From: Pseudomonadota bacterium | Lineage (GTDB): Bacteria; Desulfobacterota; Binatia; Binatales; Binataceae | Direction of reading: 5' to 3' | NCBI GenBank assembly: GCA_021325355.1 | Contig: JAJPHI010000014.1 | Coordinates: 1,129-65,128, forward strand | DNA: 64,000 bases | Shown: piece after piece, positions 8,342-20,667 of the stretch | Layout of the letters: each line of letters opens with the position of its first letter | How positions within the stretch are numbered: position 1 is the stretch's first letter | The notes under the pieces: generated by a model | Databases searched by the model: none | Seen by the model: the letters and a program-made list of their open reading frames with translations, nothing else | What the model was told of the DNA's origin: nothing | Translations under genes and position numbers: made by a program

Positions 8342-9574
8342 TTGCGCTACCCAGCTATGAGTGCGCAAACGGAAGCCGTCGTGCAGACTTCAAAGGGGCA
8401 GACCCGAGCGTCGCTGACGGTGCTGTTCGCGACGGTGTTTGTCGATCTGCTCGGTTTCGGCATCGTGATTCCGTTTTTGCCGATGTACGCCGAACGGTTG
8501 GGCGTCAATACGGCGGGGATCGGGCTGATTCTGTCGATTTATTCGCTGATGCAGTTTGTGGCGGCGCCGATTCTTGGGCGGATTTCAGACCAGGTGGGGC
8601 GCCGCCCGGTGATCATGCTGGGTCTGCTGGGGTCTTCGCTGAGCTACTTCATCTATGGGTTCGCGAACTCGTTTCCGGTGCTTTTGCTGTCGCGCGGGGT
8701 TCATGGCATCTGCGCCGGCACCGTTTCGACGGCGCAGGCATACGTCGCCGACACGACGTCGGCGCGGGAGCGCGCGCACGGGATGGGGCTGATTGGGGCG
8801 GCGTTCGGGTTGGGTTTCGTGCTCGGCCCGGGAATCGGAGGGATTCTGGGACGGTCGGATCTGCGGGTGCCGGTGTTTTTCGCCGCGGCCATCACGCTGC
8901 TCAATCTGCTTTTTGCGGCGCTACGGCTGCCGGAGTCCCATCCGCCGAGCGGCACGCGACGCCTGGCGCTGCGCGAACTGGCCGAACCGCTGCGGATTCT
9001 GCCGCGGCAGTTGACGCGGCATCGAATGGCGCGGCTGTTCCTGATCGCGTTTCTCGCCACCTTTGCGATGGCGATGTTCGAGACGACGTTCGCGATCATG
9101 GCCCCGGCGGTTTATCGCAGCAGCGCGGTCGAGGTCGGCTATCTGCTGGCGTATGCGGGCCTGGTCCAGGCGGTGACGCAGGGCTATCTGCTGCGCAAAG
9201 TGGTGAAACGAATCGATGAGACGCGGCTCATCCGAGCGGGCATGATATTGTTCGCGATCGGCATGACGCCGATGGCCAGCTTCCATCGGCACGCCGTGCT
9301 CTTGCTCTGGCTGGCGCTGCTGTCGTTGGGTTATGGACTGGCGAATCCGTCGATCGCGAGCCTGATTTCGCGGCGCACCGGTCAGCATCTGCAGGGCGAA
9401 GTGCTGGGCATCAATCAATCGGCGATGGCGGTGGCGCGGATCATCGGCCCGCTGGTGGCGGGAGTGTTTTACGGCGCGACCGGGCCGACGTGGGCGTATG
9501 CGGCGGGCGGCGGCGTGGCGCTGGCGGCGTTTTTGATTGCAAGGGGCGTTAGCAACGGTCCATCAGGAGGGTAG
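8342..9574 (+). CDS. MFS transporter (TetA/TCR-like drug:H+ antiporter family)
   Basis: About 12 predicted transmembrane segments. MFS motif A-like GRISDQVGRRPV lies between TM2 and TM3, with a glycine-rich TM5. Confidence 0.8.
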   Translation: MRYPAMSAQTEAVVQTSKGQTRASLTVLFATVFVDLLGFGIVIPFLPMYAERLGVNTAGIGLILSIYSLMQFVAAPILGRISDQVGRRPVIMLGLLGSSLSYFIYGFANSFPVLLLSRGVHGICAGTVSTAQAYVADTTSARERAHGMGLIGAAFGLGFVLGPGIGGILGRSDLRVPVFFAAAITLLNLLFAALRLPESHPPSGTRRLALRELAEPLRILPRQLTRHRMARLFLIAFLATFAMAMFETTFAIMAPAVYRSSAVEVGYLLAYAGLVQAVTQGYLLRKVVKRIDETRLIRAGMILFAIGMTPMASFHRHAVLLLWLALLSLGYGLANPSIASLISRRTGQHLQGEVLGINQSAMAVARIIGPLVAGVFYGATGPTWAYAAGGGVALAAFLIARGVSNGPSGG

Positions 9575-9597
9575 CCACGATACTGAACTGGATACTG

Positions 9598-9999
9598 GTG
9601 CTGCACGTCTTCGGCGTGATTTTGTGGGTGGGCAGTCTGCTGACGGTAAGCACGCAGATGCGGCTGGCGGCCGACGAGGTGGGATCGGCGCGTGATGCGC
9701 TGATCGCCTCGGCGCGGCGCACGCTGCGGATCGGCGCCAACGTCGCGGCGATTATCGCGATTTTCTTCGGAATTATCGCGATCGGGCTGGAGCCCTATGT
9801 CCTGACGCGCGGATGGTTGCACTTAAAACTGCTCTTCGTCATCGCGATTGTGGTCTGCCATATCCAGCTCTATCGCCGGGTGGGCGCGATCGCGCGCGAT
9901 CCCGGCACGCTCAGCGGGCGCGAGTTCATGATGCTGCACGGACTCATCAGCGCGTTTCTGCTGATCGTGCTGGCGATGGTGCTGGTCAAGCCGTTTTAG
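9598..9999 (+). CDS. HemJ/UPF0093-family small membrane protein, a possible protoporphyrinogen IX oxidase HemJ. The true start is probably upstream and non-ATG.
   Basis: Four transmembrane segments are predicted. TRGWLHLKLLFVIAIVVCHIQL and the C-terminal ...VLVKPF resemble HemJ. The upstream in-frame ILNWILV follows an AGGAGG ribosome-binding site. Confidence 0.45.
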   Translation: MLHVFGVILWVGSLLTVSTQMRLAADEVGSARDALIASARRTLRIGANVAAIIAIFFGIIAIGLEPYVLTRGWLHLKLLFVIAIVVCHIQLYRRVGAIARDPGTLSGREFMMLHGLISAFLLIVLAMVLVKPF

Positions 10000-10068
10000 G
10001 CCGCGAGCGCGGCGTCCGTCACACGCCGCGAAGGGGCGCGGCGGAGCGCCGCAAAGAACCGGCGCAAC

Positions 10069-11250
10069 TCAGGCGTCGTTATAGGCGCGGTCGGCGGCGA
10101 GCAGGGCGGCGCCGCGCGCAATCTCCATCCCTTGCGCGGTGAGGGCGGATTCGAGCGCGCTCAGGATAAGCATCACGTTGGCGCGGCGTGACGATTCACC
10201 CATCAGACCGATACGCCAGACCTTGCCCTTGAAAGGTCCCAGACCGGCGCCGACTTCGGTGTTGAAGAGGCGCAGCAGGTCGGCGCGGACTTTGGCGTCG
10301 TCGATGCGATCGGGTACGCGGACCGCGGTCAGTTGCGGCAGGCGATAGCCTTCCTGGGCGGCGAGTTCGAGGCCCATCGCGAGCAGCCCGGCTTTGAGGG
10401 CGGCGGAATTTTCGAGATGGCGTTTGAAGCGCGGCTCGAGACCTTCCTCGGCGATCAGGCGCAGGGCCTCATAGAGGGCGTAGTTCATGGTGATCGGCGC
10501 GGTGTGATGGTAGAGGCGATCGGCGCCCCAGTAGCGTTCGATCATCGCGAGGTCGAAATACCAGGAGCGGCACTTCGCTTTGCGGGCGCGCACGGCCTCC
10601 ATCGCGCGCGTGCTGAAAGTGACGGGGGCGAGGCCGGGAGGCGCGCCGATCCCCTTCTGGGTGCAGCTATAGCAGGCGTCCACTTCCCATTTATCAATCT
10701 CGACCGGGAGGCAGCCGAGCGAGGTGACGGCGTCCATCGCGAAGAGCGCGCCGTAGCGATGGGCCATCCGGCCGAGCTCGCTGACCGGCTGCAGGACGCC
10801 GGTCGAAGTCTCGGCGTGGACGACCAGAAGCAGCTTGGGTTTGCGGAGCGCCTTGAGCGCGGCTTCGAGGCGTTCCGGCTCGACGATGCGTCCCCATTCG
10901 GCCTCGACGCGATGGACCTTCGCGCCGAGGCGTTCGGCCGCGTCGGCAGCGCGATCGCCGAAGACGCCGTTGGCGCCGATGACGACTTCATCGCCGTCTT
11001 CGATTAGATTGGCGAGCGCGGTTTCCATCCCGGCGGAACCGGTGCCGGAGACTGGGAAAGTAATCTCGTTGGAGGTCTGGAAGACGAGGCGGAGGAGCTT
11101 CTTGATATCTTCCATCACGCGCAGGAAGTCGGGATCGAGATGCCCGACCACGGGCGAGAGCAGCGCACGCATCACGCGGGGGTGAACGTTCGAGGGGCCG
11201 GGGCCGAGCAGGACACGCGCGGCGGGCTGCAGTTCAGGATACGAATTCAT
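10069..11250 (-). CDS. Class V aminotransferase of the alanine-glyoxylate / serine-pyruvate aminotransferase family
   Basis: Class V AT fold, with a PLP-lysine region around SCTQKGIGAPPG. The start was moved to the ATG (MNSYPELQ) preceded by GGAGG; the track ORF extends to 11286. Confidence 0.75.
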   Translation of the reverse strand: MNSYPELQPAARVLLGPGPSNVHPRVMRALLSPVVGHLDPDFLRVMEDIKKLLRLVFQTSNEITFPVSGTGSAGMETALANLIEDGDEVVIGANGVFGDRAADAAERLGAKVHRVEAEWGRIVEPERLEAALKALRKPKLLLVVHAETSTGVLQPVSELGRMAHRYGALFAMDAVTSLGCLPVEIDKWEVDACYSCTQKGIGAPPGLAPVTFSTRAMEAVRARKAKCRSWYFDLAMIERYWGADRLYHHTAPITMNYALYEALRLIAEEGLEPRFKRHLENSAALKAGLLAMGLELAAQEGYRLPQLTAVRVPDRIDDAKVRADLLRLFNTEVGAGLGPFKGKVWRIGLMGESSRRANVMLILSALESALTAQGMEIARGAALLAADRAYNDA

Positions 11251-11383
11251 CGGGCCTCCATGGATAGTCAGTGAGCGCCAGTGCATTATTCATCGGAAGC
11301 GGGCCGGCGCAAAGCGTCGCGGGGAAGTTCGCGATGATCGTGACGGCGGCAGGCGGCATTCGTGCTAGATTGCGGCGAGTTCG

Positions 11384-12817
11384 ATGCAGAAGCAAATCGA
11401 TCCACGGGTGATGGCGGAGTTGCGCGAGATACTTGATCCGGCGGGAGTGGTGTCGCGTCCCGGCGAGCTCAATGTTTACGAGTGCGACGGCTGGACCATC
11501 GAGAAGAGCGTCCCGCAGCTTTTGCTGCGACCGCGTTCGACCGCCGAGGTGAGCGCGTTGCTCAGGGTGCTGCATCGACACAACCTTCCGTTCGTCCCGC
11601 GCGGCGCGGGGACCGGGCTGTCGGGTGGATGCCTGCCGCTGGCGCCGGTCATGATCTGCACGTCGCGCATGAATCGGATCCTGGCGATTGACGCGCGCAA
11701 CCGGCGGATCGAGGTCGAGAGCGGCGTGGTCAACCTGAATGTGAGCGCGGCGGTCAAGGGCGCGGGGCTGTTTTACGCGCCGGACCCGTCGTCGCAGGCG
11801 GCGTGCACGATCGGCGGCAATATCGCCGAGAATTCCGGCGGTCCGCATACGCTCAAATACGGCGTGACGACGAACCATGTGCTGGGCGTGGAGATAGTGC
11901 TGCCCGACGGCGAGGTGGTCGAACTGGGCGGGTCGATCGAAGAACCGTGCGGCTACGATCTGGTCGGCGCGGTGGTGGGCGCCGAAGGCACGATGGGCAT
12001 CGTGACGCGGGCCACGCTCAGGCTGCTGCGCGAACCGGAAACGCATCGCACGCTGCTCGCGATTTTCGACCAGGTCGAAGCGGCGACGCGCGCGGTCTCG
12101 GCAATCGTCGCCAGCGGCATCATCCCGGGCGCGATTGAGATGATCGATCACCTGATTATCCGCGCGGTCGTCGATGCGTTCCACGTCGAGTTGCCGCTCG
12201 CCGCGGGAGCGGTGCTGATTATCGAGCTGGACGGGCTTGGGGCCGGGATCGACGAGCAGGCCGGACGGGTGACGGAAATGGTACGCGCAAGCGGCGCATC
12301 CGAGGTGAGGCTCGCGCGCGACGAGGCCGAGCGGGCGCTGTTGTGGAAGGCGCGCAAGCGCGCATTTGGGGCGGTCGGCCGGCTGGCGCCCAATTACGCG
12401 ACGCACGACGGCGTGGTGCCGCGCACCCGTTTGCCGGAAATCCTGCAGCGGATCACGCGGATTAGTCAGTCACATCAACTGAGTATCGGTAATGTATTTC
12501 ATGCCGGAGACGGCAATATCCATCCGATTGTACTGTATGATGAGCGCGACCCGGATCAGGTGCGGCGGGCGATCGCGGCCGGTCACGATATCCTGAAGGC
12601 CTGCGTCGAGCTCGGCGGCAGTCTGAGCGGCGAGCATGGAATCGGGGTCGAGAAGATCAATCAGATGCCGCTGGTCTTCACGCCGGAGGATTTAGCGGCG
12701 ATGGTCGAGCTGCGCCACGTGTTCGATCCCGACGAGCGTTCCAACCCGGGCAAAGTCATTCCGCAGCCCGGGGCCTGCGTCGAAGTCGCGGCGCCGCGCC
12801 GCCAGGCGGCGCTGTGA
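11384..12817 (+). CDS. glcD: Glycolate oxidase FAD-linked subunit GlcD
   Basis: FAD-binding PCMH domain (RPRSTAEVSALLRVLHRHNLPFVPRGAGTGLSGG). It is followed by glcE and glcF with 4- and 17-nt overlaps. Confidence 0.85.
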   Translation: MQKQIDPRVMAELREILDPAGVVSRPGELNVYECDGWTIEKSVPQLLLRPRSTAEVSALLRVLHRHNLPFVPRGAGTGLSGGCLPLAPVMICTSRMNRILAIDARNRRIEVESGVVNLNVSAAVKGAGLFYAPDPSSQAACTIGGNIAENSGGPHTLKYGVTTNHVLGVEIVLPDGEVVELGGSIEEPCGYDLVGAVVGAEGTMGIVTRATLRLLREPETHRTLLAIFDQVEAATRAVSAIVASGIIPGAIEMIDHLIIRAVVDAFHVELPLAAGAVLIIELDGLGAGIDEQAGRVTEMVRASGASEVRLARDEAERALLWKARKRAFGAVGRLAPNYATHDGVVPRTRLPEILQRITRISQSHQLSIGNVFHAGDGNIHPIVLYDERDPDQVRRAIAAGHDILKACVELGGSLSGEHGIGVEKINQMPLVFTPEDLAAMVELRHVFDPDERSNPGKVIPQPGACVEVAAPRRQAAL

Positions 12818-14103
12818 CGGCAGCGGGCCTGCCGCACGAGTCGCGGCTCAGCGACGCGTTCGTGTCATTGCTGGGGCGCGAGTGCGTCCGTGACGCGCGT
12901 GCGGACGAGATCGGGGTCGCCCGCGTGATCGTCGAGCCGGCAACGATCGGGGAAATCGCCGAAGTGGTCCAGAAATGCGCGCGCGATCGGCTGACGCTCG
13001 CGCCACTGGGCGGCGGCCGGATACTGGCGCAGATTCGGCGCGAGCCGGTGAGTGTGGGGCTCGCGCTGCGGCGCTGCGCGCGGGTCGTGGCCTATGAGCC
13101 CGAGGATCTGACGGTCGCGGTCGAAGCCGGCCTGACGGTCGGACAGTTGAATGAGCTGGCGGGGGGCAAGGGGCAGCGGCTGGCGGTTGATCCGCCGCTG
13201 CCGGAGCGGACGACGATCGGCTCGCTCATCGCTGCGGCGCGGTCGGGACCGCTTCGCCTGAGCGAGGGCACGGTGCGCGACCTGCTGATCGGTATCAAGT
13301 ACATCGGCCGCGAGGGCCGGGTGGTCAACGCCGGCGGCCGCGTGGTCAAGAACGTGACCGGCTATGATCTGATGAAGGTCATGACCGGTTCCTACGGCAC
13401 GCTCGGCGTGATCGTCGAGGCGGCGTTCAAAATGCGGCCGGTGCCGGCGAATTACACGGTCGCGCTGGCGGGTTTCGCGCGTCTCGAGGAGGCCTTTGAC
13501 GCGGCCTTCCGAAGCAGTCACGGGGCTCCGCTGCTGCATTGTGAAATCGTTTCGCGGCGGATCGGTCTTGCGCTGCCCGGCAGTCCGGCATCGGCGAATG
13601 ACCGCCGCTTTCTGCTGATCGCGGGTCTGGGCGGGACTCGCGCCGAGGTCGATTATCAATTGACGCAAATTCGCGGCGCGGTCGGGACGCTGATCGAGGC
13701 ACTTGACGGGGCGGCCGCCGAAGCGGTTTATCACGCGATCCGTGATTGCCCGGCGGCGGAGGCCACGATTGGCGCGCGGATCGTCGTGGCGCCGTCGGCG
13801 CTGGCCGGGGCGCTGGAGGCCGCCGGCGCCGAATTTTGCGCGCACGCCGTGTCGGGAATCGCGCAGCTATTTCTCGATGATGTCGATGAGCAGGCGGCTC
13901 ATGAGGCGGTCGCGAGATGGCGCGCACTGGCGCATCGCGCCGGCGGTCATCTGACGGTAGTTGCGGCTCGCGACAGCGTTCGCGCGGGGCTCTCGATGTT
14001 CGATGAGCCCGGGGCGGGAGCGCTCGCGCTGATGCGCCGGCTGAAGGCGGCGTTCGATCCGAGTAACATCTTTAATCCCGGCTGCTATGTCGGCGGGATT
14101 TGA
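12814..14103 (+). CDS. glcE: Glycolate oxidase FAD-binding subunit GlcE
   Basis: Second FAD-binding subunit, located between glcD and glcF. Confidence 0.75.
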   Translation: MTAAGLPHESRLSDAFVSLLGRECVRDARADEIGVARVIVEPATIGEIAEVVQKCARDRLTLAPLGGGRILAQIRREPVSVGLALRRCARVVAYEPEDLTVAVEAGLTVGQLNELAGGKGQRLAVDPPLPERTTIGSLIAAARSGPLRLSEGTVRDLLIGIKYIGREGRVVNAGGRVVKNVTGYDLMKVMTGSYGTLGVIVEAAFKMRPVPANYTVALAGFARLEEAFDAAFRSSHGAPLLHCEIVSRRIGLALPGSPASANDRRFLLIAGLGGTRAEVDYQLTQIRGAVGTLIEALDGAAAEAVYHAIRDCPAAEATIGARIVVAPSALAGALEAAGAEFCAHAVSGIAQLFLDDVDEQAAHEAVARWRALAHRAGGHLTVVAARDSVRAGLSMFDEPGAGALALMRRLKAAFDPSNIFNPGCYVGGI

Positions 14104-15436
14104 ACCACAGATGGGATCGGCGCCGAGGGCAAATCAAGCGGGCGGAAGCGCGTCGCCGGGAGCGATCCGGGACGTCGTCGATTACGAGTTGCTATTCGAC
14201 TGCGTTCATTGCGGTCTCTGTCTCGAAGCCTGTCCGACCTACACGCTGAATCGCGCCGAGATGGACTCGCCGCGCGGACGGATCTACCTGATGAAGGCGC
14301 TGGCGCAGGGCGCGCTCGAGTTGGACGCCGACGTGGTGCGCCATCTGGATCTCTGCCTCGAGTGCCGCGGATGCGAAACGGCGTGTCCCTCGGGCGTTCG
14401 CTACGGGCAACTGATCGAGAAGGCGCGGGTTTATGTCGAACGGAACTGGCGCCGTTCGCTGCGTGAGCGGATTCGTAATCGGCTGATTGGGGAGATTTTT
14501 CCTTATCCGCGGCGACTCGACTGGCTGCTGATGCCGATGCGGCTCGTCGACGCGCTTGGCCTGCGCGGGACCCTCGAGCGGCTGGCGCCCGCGGCGCTGC
14601 GGAATTGGATCGAATTGCTGCCGGCGGCGAGGGCCGACGCGCCACGCTTTCCGCGCGCCGCCGCGGTCCACGAAGACGACGGACCGGGGAAAGCCGTTGC
14701 GGTCCATGAGGGATGCGTCGCGCAGATCCTGACGCCGTCCGAGAACGCGAACAGCGCGCGGGCGCTCGAAGCGGCGGGCTATCGCGTGGTGCGGCTGGAG
14801 CGCACGGTGTGTTGCGGCGCGCTGGATATCCACAATGGGAACCGCAAGCGCGCGCTCGCCTTCGCGCGGCAGAACGTGCGCGAACTGTCACGCTGCGGCG
14901 CCGAGGCGATCGTTTCGGCGGCTTCGGGATGCTCGGCGGTCATCGCCAGCTACGGCGAGCTGCTCCGGGAGGATCCGGTGTGGGCGACGGCGGCGCGCGA
15001 GGTGTCCTCGCGGGTCACCGATCTGAGTTCCCTGATGATCGCGGGCCGCACACCCTTCACGCGGGAGTTTGTGGCGAAGGTCACCTACCACGACTCGTGC
15101 CATCTGGCGCACGGCCTCGGTATCCGTGAAGCGCCACGGGCGCTGCTGCGTTCGCTCCCGGGAGTGACGCTGGTCGAGCTCGCGGAAGCGGATCTGTGCT
15201 GCGGTTCGGCGGGAAGTTACAACCTGACCGAGCCGGAGATGGCGCGCGCGCTGGCGGCGCGCAAGGCCGATAATGTGGTGGCGACGGGCGTCGACTACGT
15301 GATTTTATCGAACCCCGGATGTGAGTTGCAGATTGCGGCGGAGCTCAGGCGGCGCGGGTCGAAAATCCGCGTGATGCATCTGGCGGACTTTCTCGCGCTC
15401 GCGGCCGGCGGCGGCGAAGCGCGTGGCGCCCGATGA
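14087..15436 (+). CDS. glcF: Glycolate oxidase iron-sulfur subunit GlcF
   Basis: Two 4Fe-4S motifs (CVHCGLCLEACP and CLECRGCETACP) plus C-terminal CCG repeats. Confidence 0.8.
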   Translation: MSAGFEPQMGSAPRANQAGGSASPGAIRDVVDYELLFDCVHCGLCLEACPTYTLNRAEMDSPRGRIYLMKALAQGALELDADVVRHLDLCLECRGCETACPSGVRYGQLIEKARVYVERNWRRSLRERIRNRLIGEIFPYPRRLDWLLMPMRLVDALGLRGTLERLAPAALRNWIELLPAARADAPRFPRAAAVHEDDGPGKAVAVHEGCVAQILTPSENANSARALEAAGYRVVRLERTVCCGALDIHNGNRKRALAFARQNVRELSRCGAEAIVSAASGCSAVIASYGELLREDPVWATAAREVSSRVTDLSSLMIAGRTPFTREFVAKVTYHDSCHLAHGLGIREAPRALLRSLPGVTLVELAEADLCCGSAGSYNLTEPEMARALAARKADNVVATGVDYVILSNPGCELQIAAELRRRGSKIRVMHLADFLALAAGGGEARGAR

Positions 15437-15527
15437 ATTGCCGGGCGGGCCCAGGCGCGAGGTGCCTTGATCGCCGCGCGCCGCAATGCGCGCCGTCGCC
15501 ATCGCGCCGGCAGATCCTGCGGGCAGG

Positions 15528-16607
15528 CTAACCGGCCAGTCCGAAACGGAGTAGGTATTCGGCGAGCAGGACGGCGCCGCGCCCGGCACCCATCGCGGCA
15601 TTGTGGCTGACCAACAGGTACTTGATGCCGTTCGGCAGGACCTCATCCGGGCGGATGCGGCCGACGGAAGTGGTCATGCCACGTTCGGCGTCGCGATCGA
15701 GGCGCGGCTGCGGGCGCATCGGGTTGCGATGGACGGTGATCATGCGTTGGGGTGCGTTGGGTAAGCCGAGGGCGGTGAATTCGCGCCCGAAATCCTCGAA
15801 CGCCGCAGTTGTCTCGTCGACCGTGGCCGGGCGTTTGAGGCCGACGGCAACGGCTTCAGTGTGACCGGCCAGGACCGAGGCGCGGGTGCAGGTCGCGCTG
15901 ATTTTCAGAGGAAGCTCATCAATCGTTCCATTGCCGAGCGCGCCCAGGATCTTGCACGTCTCGATCTTCACGCGATCTTCCTCGCGCGGGATATAGGGGA
16001 TGATATTCTCGACGATATCGAGCGCCGGCAGATCGCGTCCGGCGCCCGAGATCCCCTGCATCGTGGTGACGACGGCGGATTCGAGGCCGAAGCGCAGATC
16101 CAGCGCCTTGAGCGTTATCGCGAGTCCGGTGGCGGTGCAGTTGGGCAGCGTCGCGATATACCCCTGCCATCCACGCCGCCGCTGCTGTTCCCTGACGAGG
16201 CCCAGATGATCGAGGTTAACGCCTGGAATCACCAGGGGGACATCGGGCTCCATCCGGAACGGGCGCGCGGTGCTGATGGTTGGGACGTGGCGGGCGTAGA
16301 GCGGTTCGAGCTCGCGGGCGGCGTCGGATTCAACCGCGGCAAAGACGATTTTGGCGTCGTTGAGGCGCAGTGACCTGGCGTCCTGCACTTCGAGCCGGAG
16401 GACGTCGCGGTTGGGTTCGGCACTCTCGACATACCAGCGACGCATCCCGCTCGAGGGGTCGGTGATGGCCTCCTCGAAGTTGCGCCCGGCGGAACGTTCG
16501 GAGGCGGCGAGCGCGGCGACCTCGAACATCGGATGGCCATCGAGCGCGGCCAGAACCTGCTGGCCGGCAATGCCTGTAGCACCGACAACTGCAACGGGAG
16601 TCTTCAT
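15528..16607 (-). CDS. asd: Aspartate-semialdehyde dehydrogenase
   Basis: N-terminal VAVVGATGIAGQ matches the NAD(P)-binding motif GATGxVG, and the active-site Cys lies in LPNCTATG. It is co-oriented with aroA. Confidence 0.7.
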   Translation of the reverse strand: MKTPVAVVGATGIAGQQVLAALDGHPMFEVAALAASERSAGRNFEEAITDPSSGMRRWYVESAEPNRDVLRLEVQDARSLRLNDAKIVFAAVESDAARELEPLYARHVPTISTARPFRMEPDVPLVIPGVNLDHLGLVREQQRRRGWQGYIATLPNCTATGLAITLKALDLRFGLESAVVTTMQGISGAGRDLPALDIVENIIPYIPREEDRVKIETCKILGALGNGTIDELPLKISATCTRASVLAGHTEAVAVGLKRPATVDETTAAFEDFGREFTALGLPNAPQRMITVHRNPMRPQPRLDRDAERGMTTSVGRIRPDEVLPNGIKYLLVSHNAAMGAGRGAVLLAEYLLRFGLAG

Positions 16608-16698
16608 TTACCTGCTTTTCAACTCGAACGCTGGAAGCTTAAAGGCTAGCGGCTCAATCGCGGACAATCCAGACCATGCGCCTCCCAGACCAAGCGCC

Positions 16699-17982
16699 TC
16701 AGCAGATGGCGTTCAGGTCGCGGAAAAAATCGGGATAGGTTTTGCTGACGCAACCGGGATTGGCGATACGAATGCCGGCGAGCTTCAGGCCCGCGACGGC
16801 AAAGGCCATCGCGAGACGATGGTCATTGTAGGTGGCGATGGTTGCCGGTTGCAGGTGGGAGGGCGCGATGCCGAGCCCGTCCTCAAACTCCTCGACTGCC
16901 GCGCCGATGCGCCGCAGCTCCGTGGCGAGAGCGTGGAGGCGATCGCTCTCATGATGGCGGATGAAGCCGACGCCGCGAATTCGCGTGGGCGAGGAGGCGA
17001 ACGGGGCGATGGCGGCGAGCGTGGGAACCGTATCGGGGATGTCGCTCATGGTGGCGTCGATGCCGCGCAGGTTGCCGGTGCCGACGACCTCGACGGCATC
17101 GCTGCGCCAGCGGACGTCGGCGCCCATCTGTTGCAGGAGGTCGAGGAAGGCGAGATCGCCCTGGACGGAATCGCGGCGCAGGTCGCGGATACGGACCGCA
17201 CCGCCGACCAGGGCGGCGGCGGCGGCGAAATAGCTCGCCGCGGTGGCGTCGGGCTCGACGGCGAAATCCCGTGCCTGATAGGCCTGACCGCCGCCGACGA
17301 CAATGCGGCCGTCGCCTTTGACGGCGCTGCGCGCGCCCCAGCGCTCCATCAAGGCCAGGGTCATCGTCACGAAGGGACGAGCCGTGTCGCCGATGACCTC
17401 GAGCTCGAGGCCGTCGCGCCAGAGCGGCGCGGGCATCAGCAGGGCCGAAACGAACTGGGAGGACAGCGTGGCGTCGATGGTGGCGCGTCCGCCGGGGAAG
17501 CGATCGGCGCGTGGGCGGATAATGATTGGCGGGCAATCGTCGCCGCGTTCGCCGGCGGCCTCGAGGCCGAGTTGACGCAGGGCGGCGAGCAGGGCGCGGA
17601 TCGGCCGCTGGCGCATCCGCTCGCTGCCGTCGAGCCGGTAGCGTCCGCGTCCGAGAGTCAGAAAGCCGGCCAGAAAGCGCATCGCCGTGCCGGCGTCGCC
17701 GGCATTGAGGTCGGCTTCATGGGAGGGGATTTCACCGCCGCGTCCGTTAACCACGATCATGCCGGCGGGATGATCCAGTGTGAGGGCAAAGCCCAGCGCG
17801 TGCAACGCCGCGGCCATGACCTGCGTGTCATCACTGGCGAGGGCGCCGGCGATGCGGGAGGTACCGGGGGCCATCGCCGCCAGCAGCATCGCGCGGTTGG
17901 TGATGCTCTTGGAGCCGGGGGGCCGAATCGACGCGTTGAGGGGGCGGGCGGCCGGGGTAATCGGGAGTTCGCGAACAGCCAT
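16699..17982 (-). CDS. aroA: 3-phosphoshikimate 1-carboxyvinyltransferase (EPSP synthase, class II)
   Basis: It carries PGSKSITNRAMLLAAMA and a LAGFLT motif. Its start lies 8 nt from the nadE stop. Confidence 0.9.
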   Translation of the reverse strand: MAVRELPITPAARPLNASIRPPGSKSITNRAMLLAAMAPGTSRIAGALASDDTQVMAAALHALGFALTLDHPAGMIVVNGRGGEIPSHEADLNAGDAGTAMRFLAGFLTLGRGRYRLDGSERMRQRPIRALLAALRQLGLEAAGERGDDCPPIIIRPRADRFPGGRATIDATLSSQFVSALLMPAPLWRDGLELEVIGDTARPFVTMTLALMERWGARSAVKGDGRIVVGGGQAYQARDFAVEPDATAASYFAAAAALVGGAVRIRDLRRDSVQGDLAFLDLLQQMGADVRWRSDAVEVVGTGNLRGIDATMSDIPDTVPTLAAIAPFASSPTRIRGVGFIRHHESDRLHALATELRRIGAAVEEFEDGLGIAPSHLQPATIATYNDHRLAMAFAVAGLKLAGIRIANPGCVSKTYPDFFRDLNAIC

Positions 17983-17990
17983 CGGGGGTT

Positions 17991-20051
<2,061 letters not shown>

Positions 20052-20347
20052 GCTGCCTCTGCCAAGAGATTATTACTTCACGGGCGATCGCGCGAGGAGC
20101 GGGATAGCCTCCTGTCACCATCTAACGCTGGCCTAATCTCTCTGTGCGGAGCGGCGCATCAAAACGCCGCGCGGAGTGCCGGTTGCGCGCGGTCAGATCG
20201 CTAAAGCTGTCGCTTGCGAAACGCCGGAATTTGACTTACAGATAGCGCTGGTGTCACCCGCTTGATGCGGCGCTCGGGGGATCATCGGACTTGGGGCGTG
20301 CCCTTGGCACCGGGCATGAGGAGGCCAACCTCTAAAGGGAGGCGACC

Positions 20348-20620
20348 GTGGGGGAAACCAATTGCCCGTCATGCGGACTTGAGTTGGCCGACGGCGAGAC
20401 CGTTGCCGGAAAGAAACAGCTTAGCGGCTTAGACGTCGGCATCTGCCGGGGCTGCGGCGAAATCGTCGTAGTCTATCGACGGGACATGCAGGTGGCGCTA
20501 CGCTCGGCGACCGCCGGCGATTATTTGAGCCTGCCCGAAGATGATCAGATGGTTCTGCGCGCGGCCTTCGAGATTGTGCGCGAGCGCTGTCGGATGCGCA
20601 ACGAGACGCCGCTGCATTGA
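20348..20620 (+). CDS. Small zinc-ribbon protein (90 aa) with CPSC...CRGC
   Basis: Strong ribosome-binding site AAGGGAGG 6 nt before the GTG start. Two CxxC pairs lie 23 residues apart. Confidence 0.5.
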   Translation: MGETNCPSCGLELADGETVAGKKQLSGLDVGICRGCGEIVVVYRRDMQVALRSATAGDYLSLPEDDQMVLRAAFEIVRERCRMRNETPLH

Positions 20621-20641
20621 GCATCAGCGGTTGAAAACCGG

Positions 20642-20667
20642 AGACGCCGCAGGGCGTGGCGGCGTCT
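20642..20667 (-). terminator. Rho-independent-like terminator for ilvD: 9-bp stem AGACGCCGC/GCGGCGTCT with an 8-nt loop
   Basis: On the minus strand the stem is followed by CCGGUUUUCAA, and the hairpin overlaps the ilvD stop codon. It lies in a convergent gap. Confidence 0.5.
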
